From a candidate division FCPU426 bacterium (lineage in GTDB: Bacteria; Oederibacteriota; PGYV01; Palsa-1178), in contig CAWIXE010000002.1 of assembly GCA_963840035.1 (NCBI GenBank), positions 960,001-1,024,000 on the forward strand: DNA of 64,000 nucleotides, in the 5' to 3' direction. The first letter of the stretch is position 1; each line of letters begins with the position of its first letter. Below the pieces are notes generated by a model. That model was not told where the DNA came from, did not search any database, and worked only from the letters and a program-made list of their open reading frames with translations. Both the position numbers and the translations under genes were made by a program. This document shows positions 61,514 through 64,000 of this stretch, piece after piece.

Positions 61514-61545
61514 AAAAAGGGCGCGGTTTTACCCGCGCCCTTTTT
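61514..61545. terminator. Bidirectional intrinsic terminator
   Basis: A-tract gggcgcgg-tttta-cccgcgccc T-tract between convergent genes. Confidence 0.9.
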
Positions 61546-61555
61546 CATTTATACC

Positions 61556-63958
61556 TTAGATCATTTCGAACTTCAAAACAATCTCACCGGATACCGTGCC
61601 AAACCCTGCCTTTTCAAAGATCTTCCTGAGCGTCTCATTATCAGCGCCTTTTCCTTTATAACTTTTTACCGTTACAGACTTAACTTTGCCGTTCTCAACC
61701 CTGAGCTGTACTTCCAAACCTGTCAGCCCGTTATCCGCAAAGTACTTGTTCAGTTCATTCTTTATCTTCCCAAATACTTCAGTCTCAGCTTCATCCAGGG
61801 TATATCCGGCAGGCACACTGCCGTCGGAAATTGCGAGTGATGAGCCCGCATTTGCTGTTGCCGCATCGTCGGTAGAACTCTTATCCTTCTTCCCCCACGA
61901 ACCAAACCCCAGCTGAAGCTTTGATGACTCTTCTTTTTCTTCAGCCAAATCATACAGCGGTTCAGATGCCGGCGCGTTTGACATCATCTTCATGGCGCGC
62001 GTAGAACTTCCGCCGGAGTATCCTGAGTAATTGGCCGGAGCAGCCGCGGCCTGCAGCTGCGTCCCTACCGCATTATCGCTTACGCCTTCAGGCAGCGGGA
62101 GCGGCTGTTTTACAGTAACCACTTCGCCTGTTTCCCTGACCACTTTATCTACCGCTACAAAAGATGTGTAGGCTGTCATCAGATGGTACTTTAAGCCAAG
62201 CTCTGTCACTTCATCCTTAACATTCGCGCCCACTTTGGAGTAATCATCAAGCCTGGCCACTTTTTCGCGGGCCCAGAGGTACTTAATCGCTTCATTTCTC
62301 GGGTCCTGCTCATATCCGCCCATATTTATTACCTTTTCAAATTTTCCGTTTGCCGACATGCCGGTTACTATTATCCTGCCTGACGCGTGTTTATATTTGC
62401 CCGATATAACCAGAGGCCTCTGCGCGAAAAGGTCCGGGACTGATTCAGGTTCAACGTCATACGCGTCAAAGCCTTCATACTTTACCTTTATGTCCGTCAA
62501 TACAGGCGACTTTATGTAACTTATGAACTTATCAGCTGCTGCCTGCGCCTCGTCCTGCCCCGTTACAACGAACGGCTCGCCTTTTCCCATCCTTGCCATG
62601 CCTTCAATTAAAAACCTGTTCACGGATGTGCCGATGCCGAAAGAGAAAAAGTTTGCGCTGCCCATCTTTTTGGCCATCAGGTCAAAAACTTCCTTTTCAA
62701 CCGAGATGTAACCGTCCGTCATCGTAACAATAATGCGCGACATGCCTTCTTTTTTCGCCAGGCCTGAAGCCTTTGTAAAAGCCTCGAGTATTTCAGTGCC
62801 GCCCGAGCCTTCCTGTTTGGTTATCATCTCTATGGCTTTGTTCCTGTTATTGGATGTGGCAGGCATGGGTTTCTCAAAAAGCGTGTTTGACCCGCCGGCA
62901 AAGAACATGATATTGAAGTAGTCCTGTCCGCGCAGGTTTGAAAGTATTTCTTTAATGACTTTCTTGGATATTTCCAGCGGGAACCCGCTCATGGAGCCTG
63001 ATACGTCCATAATGAAGAGGTATTCCCTCGGAGGTATCATTGACGCTTCAACCTTTGCCGGAGGCTCTATCATGGTCAGGAAGAAGTTCTCATCCTGCCC
63101 CGGATAAAGAAGCACGCCGGTATTTATGGCATTGCCCCTGAGCGAATACTTAAGGATGAAATCCCTGTTGCCGCCGTTCTCTTCCTTGGGTGATAACGCG
63201 ACCTTCACGTTATTGCCGTCTGTAAAGTCGGTAATAATCTTGTGCGACGGCGACCATGCTTTCGCGACCATGATACCCGACTTGATATTCACGTTCATGC
63301 CGAATGTATACGGCGCAAGCTTGCCTTCGTGCTGATACGGATTAACCGTCCAGTTGTCCTTGCCTTTTAAGTCCTCAGTTGAAGACTCTCCGGTAAACCT
63401 GGGCCCCACAACCGTCGGAAAAATAAAGCCGTATTCGCCTGCGTCAGGTATGAGCGCTTCGGAATAGTAAACAGTCACTTCTACCTTATCACCGGGCATG
63501 ATGTTCGCCACGTTCATCTGGAAAACATTCGGCCTTTTCTGTTCCAGCAGCGATGCTGTCTTGCCCTGATTCTTTGCCGCTTCGTAAATCTGCCTTGCCT
63601 CTTCAGTTTTGTGGATGTCAGCTTCGATTATTCTGGTCCCTATCTGCATCCTCATGGCGTTAATCGCCGACTTGGTACCCAGAGGAAATACGTAAATCGC
63701 CTCTATGGTTTTCTTCCCGTCATTCTTATAAACCTGTTTGAGTTCGGTCTGAGCCACCATTCCCGCGATGCTCACATTAGCCGTAGTAGAAAGCAAAGGA
63801 AACCCCTCAACATCCCCCGCGCCCTGCACCAGGAAGTAAGGTGAAAGTGACTCCTTATCCTCCTTGGCAAAAAGACTAATCATGCTTAAAGCTAAAAACA
63901 CAACAACAAACAACAACACCTTAACCCTCATCCTTCCCCTTATCCTTAGCTGTTCCAT
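61556..63958 (-). CDS. Exported VIT (vault inter-alpha-trypsin) + vWA domain protein
   Basis: IEAIYVFPL, LLEQ.RPNVF, DVSGSMSG MIDAS, TDG, LWAR, YTSFVAVD; AGGAGG RBS before ATG 63958. Confidence 0.92.
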   Translation of the reverse strand: MEQLRIRGRMRVKVLLFVVVFLALSMISLFAKEDKESLSPYFLVQGAGDVEGFPLLSTTANVSIAGMVAQTELKQVYKNDGKKTIEAIYVFPLGTKSAINAMRMQIGTRIIEADIHKTEEARQIYEAAKNQGKTASLLEQKRPNVFQMNVANIMPGDKVEVTVYYSEALIPDAGEYGFIFPTVVGPRFTGESSTEDLKGKDNWTVNPYQHEGKLAPYTFGMNVNIKSGIMVAKAWSPSHKIITDFTDGNNVKVALSPKEENGGNRDFILKYSLRGNAINTGVLLYPGQDENFFLTMIEPPAKVEASMIPPREYLFIMDVSGSMSGFPLEISKKVIKEILSNLRGQDYFNIMFFAGGSNTLFEKPMPATSNNRNKAIEMITKQEGSGGTEILEAFTKASGLAKKEGMSRIIVTMTDGYISVEKEVFDLMAKKMGSANFFSFGIGTSVNRFLIEGMARMGKGEPFVVTGQDEAQAAADKFISYIKSPVLTDIKVKYEGFDAYDVEPESVPDLFAQRPLVISGKYKHASGRIIVTGMSANGKFEKVINMGGYEQDPRNEAIKYLWAREKVARLDDYSKVGANVKDEVTELGLKYHLMTAYTSFVAVDKVVRETGEVVTVKQPLPLPEGVSDNAVGTQLQAAAAPANYSGYSGGSSTRAMKMMSNAPASEPLYDLAEEKEESSKLQLGFGSWGKKDKSSTDDAATANAGSSLAISDGSVPAGYTLDEAETEVFGKIKNELNKYFADNGLTGLEVQLRVENGKVKSVTVKSYKGKGADNETLRKIFEKAGFGTVSGEIVLKFEMI
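63918..63950. repeat. 6-bp-period array (same family as 13620-13704) inside the VIT gene's signal peptide
   Basis: acctta accctc atcctt cccctt atcctt agc; encodes LRIRGRMRVKV on the minus strand. Confidence 0.6.
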
Positions 63959-64000
63959 ATATTTCCTCCTTTTTCCGGGCGTTCGCCCTGTGTTTTGTGC

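Overview
64 kb of chromosomal DNA from a diderm bacterium using genetic code 11. Almost all genes are on the minus strand. PorV/PorQ-family barrels, FlgD-Ig/'YPNP' C-terminal sorting domains, CIA30/CBM11 proteins and many TPR proteins suggest an uncultured Goldbacteria/Firestonebacteria/Elusimicrobia-like lineage (inference only). There are two long housekeeping gene runs: (PorV-OmpA)-iclR-GH5-tgt-yajC-galT-xseA-xseB-ispA-DUF212-dxs-recN-DUF2723, and lysA-dapF-dapA-dapB-FAH-dapL-folK-dNK-panB-panC-panD-nadX-ABC-ABC-TPR-uvrA. The rest is mostly envelope and secreted-protein genes. I saw no rRNA, tRNA, CRISPR array or transposase. The most striking signal is non-coding. About 20 short degenerate tandem arrays (mostly 7-bp period, 4-5 units per arm, often paired as inverted arms, about a dozen different sequence families) and at least five REP/REPIN-like palindrome families fill nearly every non-overlapping gene junction, usually starting within a few bases of a stop codon. 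Some elements are nested in one another, two REP families bracket single genes, and one array has been absorbed into a signal peptide. Three genes carry single +1 frameshifts that are probably sequencing errors.
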